A stretch of 55,128 nucleotides of DNA, counting the filler, from Sphacelaria rigidula (taxonomy: Eukaryota): NCBI GenBank assembly GCA_964200075.2. It is 5 parts of 5 records of this genome, joined end to end, with 100 filler letters (N's around TTAATTAATTAA, not from the genome) between each part and the next. Parts side by side here need not be neighbours in the genome. Positions count along the whole stretch, not along the records: positions 22,093 to 33,038 come from CAXNAA020005642.1; positions 33,139 to 44,083 come from CAXNAA020005643.1; 3 more parts are not named here. One strand, written 5' to 3'. Positions within the stretch are counted from its first letter, which is position 1; each line of letters begins with the position of its first letter. The notes beneath the pieces are model-generated. The model saw nothing but the letters and a program-made list of their open reading frames with translations. It was not told the DNA's origin and searched no databases. Position numbers and translations under genes: made by a program. This document shows, piece by piece, positions 24,388 through 36,618 of this stretch.

Positions 24388-24791
24388 AGCTGGATGTTAT
24401 GGCAAACCGATTTTTGGCCCACGGATTGTTTACCTCTGGGACGTTTGACCTACCTTTTGACCCCCAAACAGGGAAAACCACCAACACACGTCTAGGACAC
24501 TTTGCATCACCCCACAGAGAGGAGCCTAGCACACTTTTCAGATTCCCTTGCCAAAGTGGCGGGGGTCGGCAAGCACAGACTTGTATGCAAGAATTTTTGT
24601 TCAGCGGTCATTCTCGAAACCTCGGAGCCAAGGGAATCTGAAAAGTGTGCTAGGTTCCTCTCTGTGGGGTGATGCGAAGTGTCCAAGACGTGTGTTGGCG
24701 GTTTTCCCTGTTTGGGGGTCAAAAGGTGGGTCAAACGTCCCAAAGGTGAACAATCCGTGGGCCAAAAATCGGTTTGCCGTAACATCCGGCC
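24388..24791. mobile_element. Foldback MITE, PIF/Harbinger (Tourist)-like
   Basis: Inverted arms of about 160 bp. TAA on both flanks (24385-87 and 24792-94). The right end of a second copy abuts at about 24351-24384. Confidence 0.85.
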
Positions 24792-27700
24792 TAACTCCAA
24801 GAATCGGCGTGAGCGTTTGCGCGTTTGTTCCATCAAGTGACTTCGACAGGTACGAATTACCAACTTCTTGGCTTCAGTATAAAAACGACTTTTTGAGTAT
24901 TCTTAGCGTTCAAAAGGATCCCACTTGCACCAGTTCTCGTTTCACGATACAAAACTTTGGACAACTGTTACTTGGACTACCTCAGGACGCGTGCATTTCT
25001 AAGTATCATGTTGAGGCATTATTTCCCGACTTCCGGGGGTCTTCCTGTCGGGACCCCGGGAAGCGTCTAGAAAACGGAGAATCTCTGAAATATCTTTCAA
25101 AATACATTTTTTCATTTTAGAGAACCAACACCTACCGAATTACCAAGTTTGAGAGCGATCGGAGCTTTTCAACGATATATGTAAGGGACGCCGTCATGAG
25201 GCTTTCGCGGTCCCCGCCGCATACATCAGTGGCATCCGACGACGCCAAAACCCCGCGTCATGGAAATACAATGATTTGGGCATAATTTAATCCTGCGTTG
25301 ACCGCTCGTTCGTTTGTTTTTCCGTTAGATTCCCGAGATGATGGTCGTTACTATAATTTAAAGCATGTGGAGATCGGGTACAATTGGATCGGGAATTCGT
25401 TCTTCCATTTCAGAACAATTTGAAGGGCGCTGATTGGTCGAGGTACCTTTTTGCCTTCTTCACCACCGCTATGCCCTTGCCCAAAAATCCAGCTATGTCA
25501 CCCTCTTCAGTTGTACATGGCGGTAAGTATGATAACGTGAATGCGACTATTGAGTAGGTATCGCGATATGTATCTATCTTCTGACTATAGTAAGTTTCAG
25601 TTAGGGTGCGACAATCCAATAAAAGCAAATAAAAAATAGTGAATTTTGGGTCAAAATCGTGTACATAGCGTAGCGGGCCGGTGCTTTGTGTACCCTTCCT
25701 TGAATGCATCATCAGAGGTGAATTTGAAAGCACAAACAGCGAATATCGTACCATTTACTACTCCGTATTTACCAAGATTGTGAGCACGACTGTCGCCTGA
25801 AACGACCGCGCTACCAAGTGCGGCTCGCATGTACAAAGGCATCGCGTCGGGTTTCGTACAGCGGGGGTTATTTACGATCGCGTCTTGAGAGGGCAGAGCG
25901 GAGAATGACTCCGGAAATTTACAAAAATCCTATATCTGGTGTTGGCTGTTTCGACGAGGCATCCATCACTGGTTCGTGTGGCGTAGTCCGTGGAATTGGG
26001 CTAGAATTCTCAAAGGAAAACAAAGTTTTCGTGAGACCGAGAGTACTGTAGAGCGTTGGTCGAGAGTGGGTTGTAGAATTCTATTTGACCCTTTTGGAAC
26101 TCGCGAACAACAGTACAAACTCCCATATGCGAGCTTTCGTCACCGGATAAACGCCACTTCGAGTTCGGCGCACGAATCTGTCACATTGGCATACTTGGTG
26201 CAACGTTTTGGTGGGCTGCATCATCAACAGTTTTGGATGAAAACAGCCATATCTTGCCCACGAAAACGTTAATTGTGAATAATCATTTTCCCATCAACGG
26301 CTCCAAAAGGGTTAACTTGACCATTTATCCATTCTCCGTGTACATTTCGTTGCCTGTAACACTAGCGTGTGCTTACAGCTACACGTCGATATCCTACTCA
26401 GGGACATCAAGGGCTTCAGTGACAGCCTACTACAGAAAGCGAATCGGGCCTCTTTGAGGAGCATTTCGGAACTGAAACGATTCATGGATTAATTCACCGC
26501 TTGTGACCCTATCGTATCCTCTACTGTACTCTCAATCTCACGACAACATTATTGGAAACACATCCAGTGGTTATCTGCACATATCCCCCGTGCATTGGCG
26601 ATGGCATATCCGATCGAGTTCGGTAACTCCACTGCATCTTGTTGCGGACGGGCTGATACCTAAAGTGACGTTGTCACCGGCGCTACACCGTCGTTATATC
26701 GTGTCTGTAATTTGGACTCACATCTGCGTTATGCGTGGAAATGGTGGATCCATCTTTGGTCGCGTTCTTGCCTACGGCGATGGTCGTGCAGCCAATCGCC
26801 ACCGAGGGTCCCTTAAAGCACACCAGCGCTACCAGAAATGATGCTGCCGAGGCAAGCGGCGAGAGCCCAGCACCGGCCATTCTATCGTCCTGCAGCGCGA
26901 CGGAGACATGCAGACGGTGCAGTTAGGATCGATTGCATGATAAGTGTACTTTTGGAAACTCTCCACGCACTTTTCCCCCTTTTCCAACAGTGAAAAAGAA
27001 AACGGTCTGCTTCATGCAAAAAACGGTTTGGGACCGACGTCTTCATTCCACATCCCATCACACCGTGTCATGTCGGCAGCGTAAGGGCCCGAGAACATCA
27101 TGATTGCCACCAACAGCAAAATCATATCATGTGCAGTAGACGGGATGTGCGTGTCCCCAAACTGCATGAAACAAGCAGCAGCAGTGTGCTGATTTCCGGG
27201 TTTGCCCACTTTCCAAATTTGGAAATGGAAACGAACAACCCAGGACGAAAAAAAATGTATGTTTCCACTGTGAGGGGGAAAAAGAGAAGGAAAATGTGCA
27301 CGGAAAACGTGCAAATATGGCAACATGGCCCTTTGTTGCGTGCGCAGTTATGATAGGAGCCGGTAGTGCGACACAAGAGTACGTATCATGCCACACAACG
27401 GTGCTGACAGAGACGGATAGTATGAATTCGAATTGCAGTATATAAGCTGTAGATACTAAAGTAGATACTCGATACACCGCTAGCATGTATGTGCGGACGG
27501 TCCGCACCTTTACGACGATACTAACTGATTGTACGTCCTTGTACTCATACGCTTTTACTGGAGTACTGTACTGTCGCCCACTCAAACACCGTGAGACTGA
27601 CTGCCGCGCGTTTTCCAAACAAGAGATGTATACTACTTCGTATTATATTGACAAATAGTTTTACTTGCATCACCCATCCTTCTTCTCCGTTGATCCGGTT

Positions 27701-28785
27701 ATGCATCGATTTTGGCGATCATACATCTCTCTCAGGCGGAGCAATCGCAACACATTCGGGTGAGTGAAGGTCTTGCGGCGCCATGGTATGTATACTATAT
27801 TGCGAATCCAAGTTAACGGATCCTCCACGGACAAGGAACATGGCGACCCATGTACACAGGCTTGGAAACACATGCACGGATCTCCAAACATGTTGCAACC
27901 AAGAAATGACACCATGTACCAACCTCGGCTTATCGTAGAGCCAAGTGAATCCTTCACAACACACAAGGTACACTTTTTTGCAAACATCAAGACAATCACA
28001 AGCTACACACAAGGTAGATCAAGTAACGATACGAAACGAGGCTTGTTGTAGACAGCAATCAACCACCCACTCACCTGAATACAGCCCAGATCCTCAATTC
28101 TGAACCGCTGAAGGATAGCACCCCCCCACACCTGCCCAACTGCCCTGGTCAACTGTTTCATGATCACATTTACTACGTTTCTCAGATCCGTTATTTAAGA
28201 AGGAGTTTCGAAGCGCGGAAAGCTCAAAGCGTATCTATCAAGATCAGCAGCCATCGTTCAGTAGCGGCTCACCCCGACGGAGAGTCATCCTTTTAATATT
28301 CTCGAAAGAAGTCAGCGTATACGTTCAGCATTTATGGTCACACTAAAAGAAAAAGTAAGTGAAAATAATGCCGATCACGGGGGAAAAAAGGATCCTAAAA
28401 CTTACGTACGCATGTTCTACGGTGGGGGACGCCTCTATAATACTGCATGTACTTGAGCAGGGCACAACTACAACTGAACTGTGAACAACGGTTATTACGG
28501 AACTTCGAGTGCACGATTAGGGCTGTGTTGCTCAACGTAGTGCATTATTCTTTCCAGTTTCGAACATCATCACCGTCACTTTTGGCCTGCAACCCTCGGT
28601 GTAGAGAAGCGCCATCGCTGTGTAGTACAAACAGCAGTGGCCCCATCGGAGGTACTCCCAGTTGGACCACGATAGCATATTGTCCTGTTGTATACTGGTA
28701 TATTGAACTGTAGAGTAACAGCTAGTTCAGCACATACGTAGCACACACATACATCAACTTGGTACATAACCGCACAGTCAAACCT

Positions 28786-30461
28786 ATGCTCTCGGCAGTT
28801 GGACGAGCCGCGGGACGGTCAGCGGCGTCAAGACCCGTTTCGGGCTCGAAGGCAGCGGCGATTGCCGCTGCTGCTCGCCAACAACAGCGATGCGGCTTCG
28901 CTGCTGTAGGCAAGAATCACGAGATATGGCGAGATGACACCGGCGCGCACACGGACAACACCCCAAAAGTCAAGCGCAGGGACGGTACCTTTGGAGATAT
29001 CGATAAGACCCGCGGGTTCATCGATTACTATCGGAACCCCGACCCGTACCGTGACCCTCTGGAGCGCGTGTTTGACTGGGGTGAGATCAATGACCAGGAA
29101 GGGCACGATGAGGTAGAGCGCACGGTGCAGGCGGCGCGGTGCATGGACTGCGGTACCCCGTTTTGCCAAACGCACACTGGGTGCCCCATTAACAACTTGA
29201 TCCCGGAGTGGAATGAACTTGTCTTCAAGGGTGCGTGGAAGGACGCGATTGACAACCTCCACAAGGTACAGAACAGTACAGAACGGTTACGGTAAAGGTT
29301 AGTGGTGATGCAAGGCGTGCTCAGCTACTAGGATGATGAAATGGTGGACAAGTTGTGTTATGCCCACGGGCTTAGTTGTGTGCTACGGTGTACTTTGGTG
29401 GCTGAACTAGATTGTAATTTCATCCTGACTGAACTTGGCGTGTTCCATATCGTCTCATAAACAAATATCTTGAAACATGGCGTCAATCAGGCAAAACATG
29501 TACATTCCCGTAGCTCTGTACGTTCCTGCTTACGCACTTTGTATTGTAAATAATGTACTCTCTAGCCGTGTCCTGTATGCTCAGTAAACTTTTGTGCTTC
29601 TTGTAGCGGAAACGTGACGCCGACCAGCACCTGATACGGCAATCTGCTGCGAGATTTTTGCCAGCACATTCGCCGTACCTCATAGTCTGGGGGCTGAGAC
29701 AGTTAGTTGCTAATGCGCTGGCATACTCGGAGAGCAATCGGGTGTTGTGTTTCAAGAGATGCGTGCTGTGTCCTGCATATGCGATATACTTCGTATTTAT
29801 TTAGCTGGTCGTGCGGCAGCAGAAAAATACGAACGCATGTACGATATTCGCGAGGGAAACGTTATCTAACCGGGCCTATCAAGTACTCTGCCGTTCTGTC
29901 TCCATGTCCATGTGTCATCTAGACTCTAATGATGCTCGCTCTACGTCCCCCGCTCTCAGGAGTCAGCCGGTCTCCGTTTTCCCCCGTCGTGGTCCCATAT
30001 CGGGCCCGAGTACGACACCAACCGTGTATACAAATGTATGATTCGGTCGTATTACACGGTGCAGTACTTCACATCTAGTACAGTGAAGTAAATCAGCACC
30101 TGCAACCAACCGCCAGAAAACACCCCGCTTCTCATGAGCACGAGTTTCATCCCGCACCTTAAGACACCCCCGGAATACTTGCCTCGTGAATTTGAACGAT
30201 GACCAACAACAGACGAACAACTTCCCAGAGTTCACTGGGAGGGTTTGCCCTGCCCCCTGCGAGGGCGCGTGCGTGGCGGGCCTTATCGACTCTCCCGTTA
30301 CGATCAAGAGCATCGAGTACTCTATCATCGAGAGGGCTTGGGAGGAGGGATGGGTAGTGCCGCGTATTCCTACCCACCGCACGGGAATGAACGTGGCAGT
30401 GGTTGGCTCCGGTCCTGCGGGACTCGCCGCCGCCGACACGCTCAATCAAATGGGCCACAAG
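28786..30461 (+). CDS. gltD: Glutamate synthase NAD(P)H small (beta) subunit, GltD-like, with N-terminal presequence; first two exons
   Basis: Exon 28786-29265 (..[41 protein letters not shown]) and exon 30213-30461 ([43 protein letters not shown]): two Fe-S Cys clusters and the FAD GxGxxG motif, phase-0 GT-AG intron. Later exons not found. Confidence 0.93.
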
Positions 30462-32492
30462 GTGATTTTTGGTTTTGACGAGGTTTTCTTTTCTTGTGTT
30501 TCAAAAGTTGCGGACGGTATTCTGTGTATGAGATTGTCGTCATCGTCCGTCGATGTGTTCGAACGCATTTGGATTGGTGAGTCAAGTTAACGTCCAGTTT
30601 GTTTGCTCCGTCCGCGGCAAGTACGTACACGTAAAATACGGAATGTCGAACCCACCCTGGATTGCGGTGGTACGGGCTCGTTGTGCCCCGTACTCTGCAT
30701 TCTTGCACCATGTTTGTGAGATAACCTGGCTTACATTGTCTAGCATTCGGAAACAGGAAGTTGAAAACGCTTTGTTCTCGATGTACGAGAGTGAAAAGTA
30801 TGGTAGATTCAAGAGGACGGGTAGTTTTACGACCACTGGCAGCCGACCCCCAGACCAAGCGTGCGGCTACTGTCTGCAACCCTGAGTTTTTCGTAGGTAG
30901 TGGACAGCTGTAGCGCCGTCATGTATAATGTACTGCACAGCATGTTGGTGCAGTCTTGATCGTCGTTTTTACTTGAACTGCTCAATATCAATATAGATAC
31001 AAATCAGAGGAGTAGCGGAAAAAAACAATCAGCAAGTACTGCTCTACAGTACTCCCTGGTAGCTGAGTCGAAGTGGAAGTGGAAATCGGGCGCACTTCAG
31101 CAGCAGGCCATTTAATGGTACGCTGACGCAATGTTTCAGCTGTTTTCCTTGCCTACTTGTACCGTCAAGGTCCGAGTCCTGACATGTATATTGCATAGAA
31201 AGTGTTTCAGCGACATGTCCCCAACAGCAATACTGCACTTTTTGTACTGAAGTGTACCGTAGGATTAAAGTCTTACAGAACTGTCCCCGGAAATTGGACA
31301 TCGCCTGACTGTACTGCAGCGTAGAAAGTACAGTTGAGTGCAGCTTGCGTCACGTAGGCTCGTCCTCGCATCGGCAATGAAAGGGGTTGGATATTCCCTG
31401 TGTCAGTCGAGTGCTCATTCGAACAGAAGCGAGGGTGCTGTTGGACTAGTTGCTTGTACTGTGAGCTTTGCCGGCGTGAAACGATTGTGTTACGACAAGC
31501 CAGCACCGCACATACGAGAGATTCGCAGCTAACACACAAACACACACATACACGTTGTGGTCACCGTACGTGCCACTTTATCTTGGAAACCCTACAAGAT
31601 CAGATTCGCGTTGACAAACACAACCCACATCTGATGGAGCAACACTAGAAAGGCGCGAATATGATAAATGATGACCTCTCGGCGGGGAGGACCATGGGCT
31701 GAGCTGCAGAATCCTTCTTGCGCTATGTTTTCTTTTCATTGCGTCGCCACGTTGAATTTTGTTTTTCACACGAAGTAAGCTGGGAGTTCATGTCCAGAGT
31801 AATATTGCATGCGAGACCGTATTACTCTGCACCAGAGTGAGGTCGAAATGTAAGTTCCTTGGCGCGCACTATTGGCGGAAGATTTATCAGGCGCCTCAGT
31901 TTCTCTCCTCGAATAGTGCAACCTGCGCTCGCTGAGCTGTGATCGTTCTGCTTCACCTCCGTATATACGTCCGGGGGATGTCTAAACGCCTCCGTATAGC
32001 TTCTCTGCTCCCTGGAGCTGGGACCCAACGAGCTATCCGTGTGTCATAACTTAGCAGCAATGCTTCAGCAAATTTGGTGCAGTACGTATCACGGAGAAAA
32101 CATGACGTGTCGTGAAATTCCGCTCAAAATCGAGACATTTTCTGACTCGCGTGTGCATTATCTTCACGACCACTATAATAGTAGGGGGGGGTGAGCAAGC
32201 TTGCGCTTTCAATAGATGGCCAGCGAAAAAGGGATCCTCGAACGCGTCGATGCAATTCTCAACACACAAATGAGGAACATGTGTACACACACGCATGTAA
32301 TTTTTAGTTTTGTGAAGGTTCGAGGATGTGGCTTTTGTACCGTTGTCACTACCGTCCACCAAAGAAGTTTGTATTTGTCAATGGTGCTAACCTTGACCCT
32401 TTCATTTGATCATTTTTCACGTACTGTTGTTCCTCCCCCCCTCCTCCCCCTGGTCCGGCGAGAACCCGGCTTTGTAAAGGGCTGGACCCCGA

Positions 32493-33038
32493 TGGGGTTG
32501 GCGTCGGTTGGCGATGACGTTATAAAACACGCCATTCACTGCGTAAGCTAGGCAACCAGGTTACCGATTTTTTTGCGGTAGCCATGATTGTAGTCGAGCT
32601 AGATCATGGTATGCGGCGTGGGAAAACCCCCAAGTCCGCACAGTGGGGATGATCGTACTACGTGGTGTTTATAAGGTGAGACACCTTCGAGGCAGTGTAC
32701 AAGCCGTGGCTATCTCTGGAAGTGACGATACCAGCAAATGAAGCAACTGGTGAGAGGTTGTCATCCAAATGCAAGATAGTCAGTACGGTTCGGGCCGAGC
32801 AATCTTCGCAGGATGCAGCTCACCCTCCATGCGACTTGCCGAACACACCATGGGGCTTCGCGCTTGGTGATTGAGTGCGAGGCTGGTCCGGCGAAAACTA
32901 GGCGTGCTCCGTCCCGGCTTCGACGCGAGGTCAATGGTCTCATGGCTATGGCAAGCATGATCATGAGTACCTCCCCGGCACCCCGGCCCCAGCCCTCCTC
33001 ACCCTCCCGTGCATGCCAAACGATGTGCTGAGACGCCG
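32493..33038. repeat. Dispersed repeat, possibly the 5' region of a retroelement
   Basis: 32644-32873 matches 43855-44083, and 32494-32511 matches the end of contig 2 (21974-21992). Three contigs end within this repeat. Confidence 0.7.
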
Positions 33039-33138
33039 NNNNNNNNNNNNNNNNNNNNNNNNNNNNNNNNNNNNNNNNNNNNTTAATTAATTAANNNNNN
33101 NNNNNNNNNNNNNNNNNNNNNNNNNNNNNNNNNNNNNN
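33039..33138. other. Artificial contig linker
   Basis: N44-TTAATTAATTAA-N44. Confidence 0.98.
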
Positions 33139-33194
33139 GGATGGGACTTCAACCTCATTTTATGTTTCAACCCCAAAAATTAGGATCGGCTGTC

Positions 33195-33482
33195 AGATGC
33201 TGACACCTTGGAATGACTTGCTCTACTCGCCGAGGTCGTTCCAGAGCACCTCTACGCTTTCCGTAGGTCACGGTTTCGTTTTTGTTCGAACTTGCATTTT
33301 CAATAACGAACGGTCAAGTTACCGAAAAAAAGTCAGTTTTCACCCTGTTTTTTTGTAACTTGGCCGTTTGTTATTGAAAATGCAATTTTGGCCAAAAACA
33401 AAACTGTGACCTGCGGGAAATGCAGAGGTGCTCTGAAACCGTCTCGGCGAGTATAGCAAGTCATTCCAAGGTGTCAACATCC
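33195..33482. mobile_element. Foldback MITE (near-complete palindrome)
   Basis: atgctgacaccttggaatgacttgctctactcgccgag and ctcggcgagtatagcaagtcattccaaggtgtcaacat, with arms pairing inward to about 33325/33350. Confidence 0.85.
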
Positions 33483-33488
33483 GCCTAG

Positions 33489-33735
33489 GAGTCATCCTAC
33501 GATAGGGGGGGTGGTATTTTGGGCCGTTGTTGCTCGAAATTTCTAGTCAGATCGTCGTTGAAAGCAGCAACGGTTGTTCGAAGAAACTTGTTGGGGATCA
33601 ATAACGCTCATCTATACTGCCTGACACCGTTTGGAATCAAATACAAGCGCAACACGTGTGTGGAAGGATGTCTGACATACTTATGAGCCTCTTTTTTCAA
33701 GCAACCAAATACCCCTCCCCCTATCGTAGGATTCT
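33489..33735. mobile_element. MITE family A copy
   Basis: TIRs gagtcatcctacgatagggg / cccctatcgtagga. Internal similarity to 1-170 and 43620-43864. Confidence 0.85.
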
Positions 33736-36618
33736 GGCCCTCTTTTCGGGGGAAAAACGACGGAAAAGGGCCAAAAATGCACTTTTCAATAAGATTCATT
33801 TTTTTATACACAAGTAGCCTTAGCTCGATTATGTTTCTTCGAGGCCTTCCTGAACTCTGATGTTTTTGGAATTAGCGGCAATCGAGTCGGCTTCGCCGAA
33901 ATAGAGGGGGGTAGAGCCACTCAGAAAGTTGCTCTGACAAAAACTCGTACCCGGAAGATGATTTCAAATTTCTCGGAAATCTTCAAATGGCTCACGAAAG
34001 CCCAGCAGTTGTACACCTACAAGTCGATTGCATTGCCAAACAGGGTAATTTTGATGATTTATTCGTGATCCCCGACACAAAATTACCCTAGCATAGAGTT
34101 TGCAGAGCTTGAATCAACATGTGGAACGTATGCCCGGGGAAGGGATGATTGCCATCGAAATGTCATCCCAGGTTATCCCCACTTTCTTGCATAAACGTTG
34201 AAGGGGCATAAGTAGCGCAGAAATGTTTGGTTTCCATTTCTGACTTCCGAAATGTATTCAGCAATGTTACACTCATCCCCCCTGAAAATTTTATACGGAG
34301 GGGGTTGAATTTTTCTCGCGGGGCCCGCGGAGGCGAATTATGCCCAGATTGACCTACGTAATCGTGACTAACTCGCCACCACGATGACCAAATGAAATAT
34401 ATATAATATATACATATATAATTCGTAACCCTCGTGATCTAACAGACGTTGGTGCAAAATTCCAGAGCTTAGGACCCATTTCTCGCCGCGTTATGAAAAA
34501 CTCGTGAAAAATATTTAGCTCTACCGCGGAACCCGCCACAAGCAAAAAAATAGCACAAAAAAGCAAGTAGGACGGGATGCTGAAAACACATGTCATCCAA
34601 TAAACTAGTACGTCAGGGAAACAAATAACACAACGGCAACAGGGTTACCCCTACCGGGCAAAGCTCATCCTCTTCTTTTGTACGCGAACAAATACTCAAC
34701 CGCTCTGGCCCCCCTCTCCCCATTCAATCAATTTGGGGAGTTGTTACTTGTGGAAGCTCCAGACAGCAAAACGCACAACTCTCATCCACAAAATCAAGGG
34801 TTAAATGTAGGCAATAATGGATGTCTTCTACAAGACACCACTTCAAGTCTCTCTGCAGCACTACCGGCTGTTCTGTCTGGCGCCACAAAATACGGGGAAT
34901 AATCTTCACAGGACCCACTTGCTACAGTTCCACCTGCAACAGGAAACGTGCATATGACCAATATTATCACAACATGCATGGAATATAATCATGACAACAG
35001 CGAAACTATCGCCATCCATCCAAGGGAGGAAGATCCAACAAGCGTTTTGTTAGTACATACTGGATATATATATTTGAGCGAGTTCGATGCTCCTACTCAA
35101 GCCGGCAGTACCTTAACCACTCTACATCACTTGGTGGGTTCTCTAATATGCTCACAAATCTGCACACCAATACACGAACGCTTGTTCCAATATAATGCGT
35201 GTTTTGCAACAGACACAACCAGAAGGCAGAAAAATGTTCGTTTGAGCACAAGTATCTGTGCGTAAAAATAACAGTCTCTCTTTCGTCCCTAGATTACTAA
35301 TTTTTGTCTCTGTCATAGCACCATGGTCCCCTCTCCCCCCCCCACTGCACTATTGGCGTCGATAATCAACACTGGAGAACGACCAAAAAATGTAATCTTC
35401 TACATTCGTTCAAGTCAATGTGTGGCTGCTGCTACTGCTACCACCACATCTATTTTTATTATTTTCGTCTCGACACTTCTCATTCTCTCACTCCTGACCT
35501 GCTACGAGGGATATCAGTCATGCTCCATCAATCGCAACACATCATCTGGGAACGACAACCAATCGATGCTAGACATTCGCCCAGGGACATCGAGATGTTC
35601 CTCAGGACGTCATCCTACGGTGGTGTTGACATACTCTTTTGGGTAGGGGGTAATCCGCAGCAGGGGCGACGAATAAAACATGCGTCAAACTCTGTCCACC
35701 GTCATGATTCAAACAGGTTATAAACCACGAGTGGACGGCTCTACATTCGGCCGTGTGCACAAAAGGTAGCGCTCAGGATACGGGGCTTGCTTCAGCAGAC
35801 CTTGTACTGCACATACTGTACATACAACCTTGGCGCATTGCATCTCCCCATGTGGCACATTTACACTCAACAAATAGCCAACACTCTCGTACCTACGCAC
35901 TGCGGACAAGCAAACGCTGCTATCCAAGAATAAGGGAGTAGGCAAAACACGCACACAGAGAAACGTCGCTTGCATCGGGGCCCACGACAAAGCTCACGTC
36001 ATCGAAGGAAGACAGGGGGAGATACAAACATGACTAAAATGCTACTCGATTACTCACCTTTCCAATGTGGCCCTAATCCTATCTTTTTCTCACACACACA
36101 CAACGAATTCCCCAGGAAAGCCGGAAGGGCCAAGCTCTCACCAGCCTTGGTCAACCCTCTTAATCAGACGTTTCGGGAAGAGGTTGAAGTTGAATATCAG
36201 TACCTCGATTCAACACTGACAATGAAGGGGTAATAATGTAATACCGCATGTATTGGGGTGTCATATACGCCAGCAGTCAAGACCAGCTATTGTCAAGACA
36301 CGAACTCCTTCACAATACAACGGGATGGCAAACCGCAAAAACAAAAGCTCAAAATAAAAAAAAAAAAAAAAAGATACAACAGATCATGAATTCTCTCTGT
36401 CCCAATAACGGACCAAAACGAGCAACAGCACTAAACAGCAACCAATAACGGGATAAAACATACAGTGATACATGACGATACACGACACCACCATCATGAC
36501 AGATTATCCATGCACAAACTCCAACGCCAACGCCAGCAACAAGCACAACGCAAAGTCTAGTTACACGTGCACACTTGGACACATCAAAAACGAATCACGG
36601 AGGACACATCGACATCGC

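Noticed and set aside
32452-32520. HDV-like ribozyme at the start of the dispersed repeat
   Set aside because: One stem (GGTCCGGC/GCTGGACC) is present, but I could not build the P1.1/P2/J4-2 topology.
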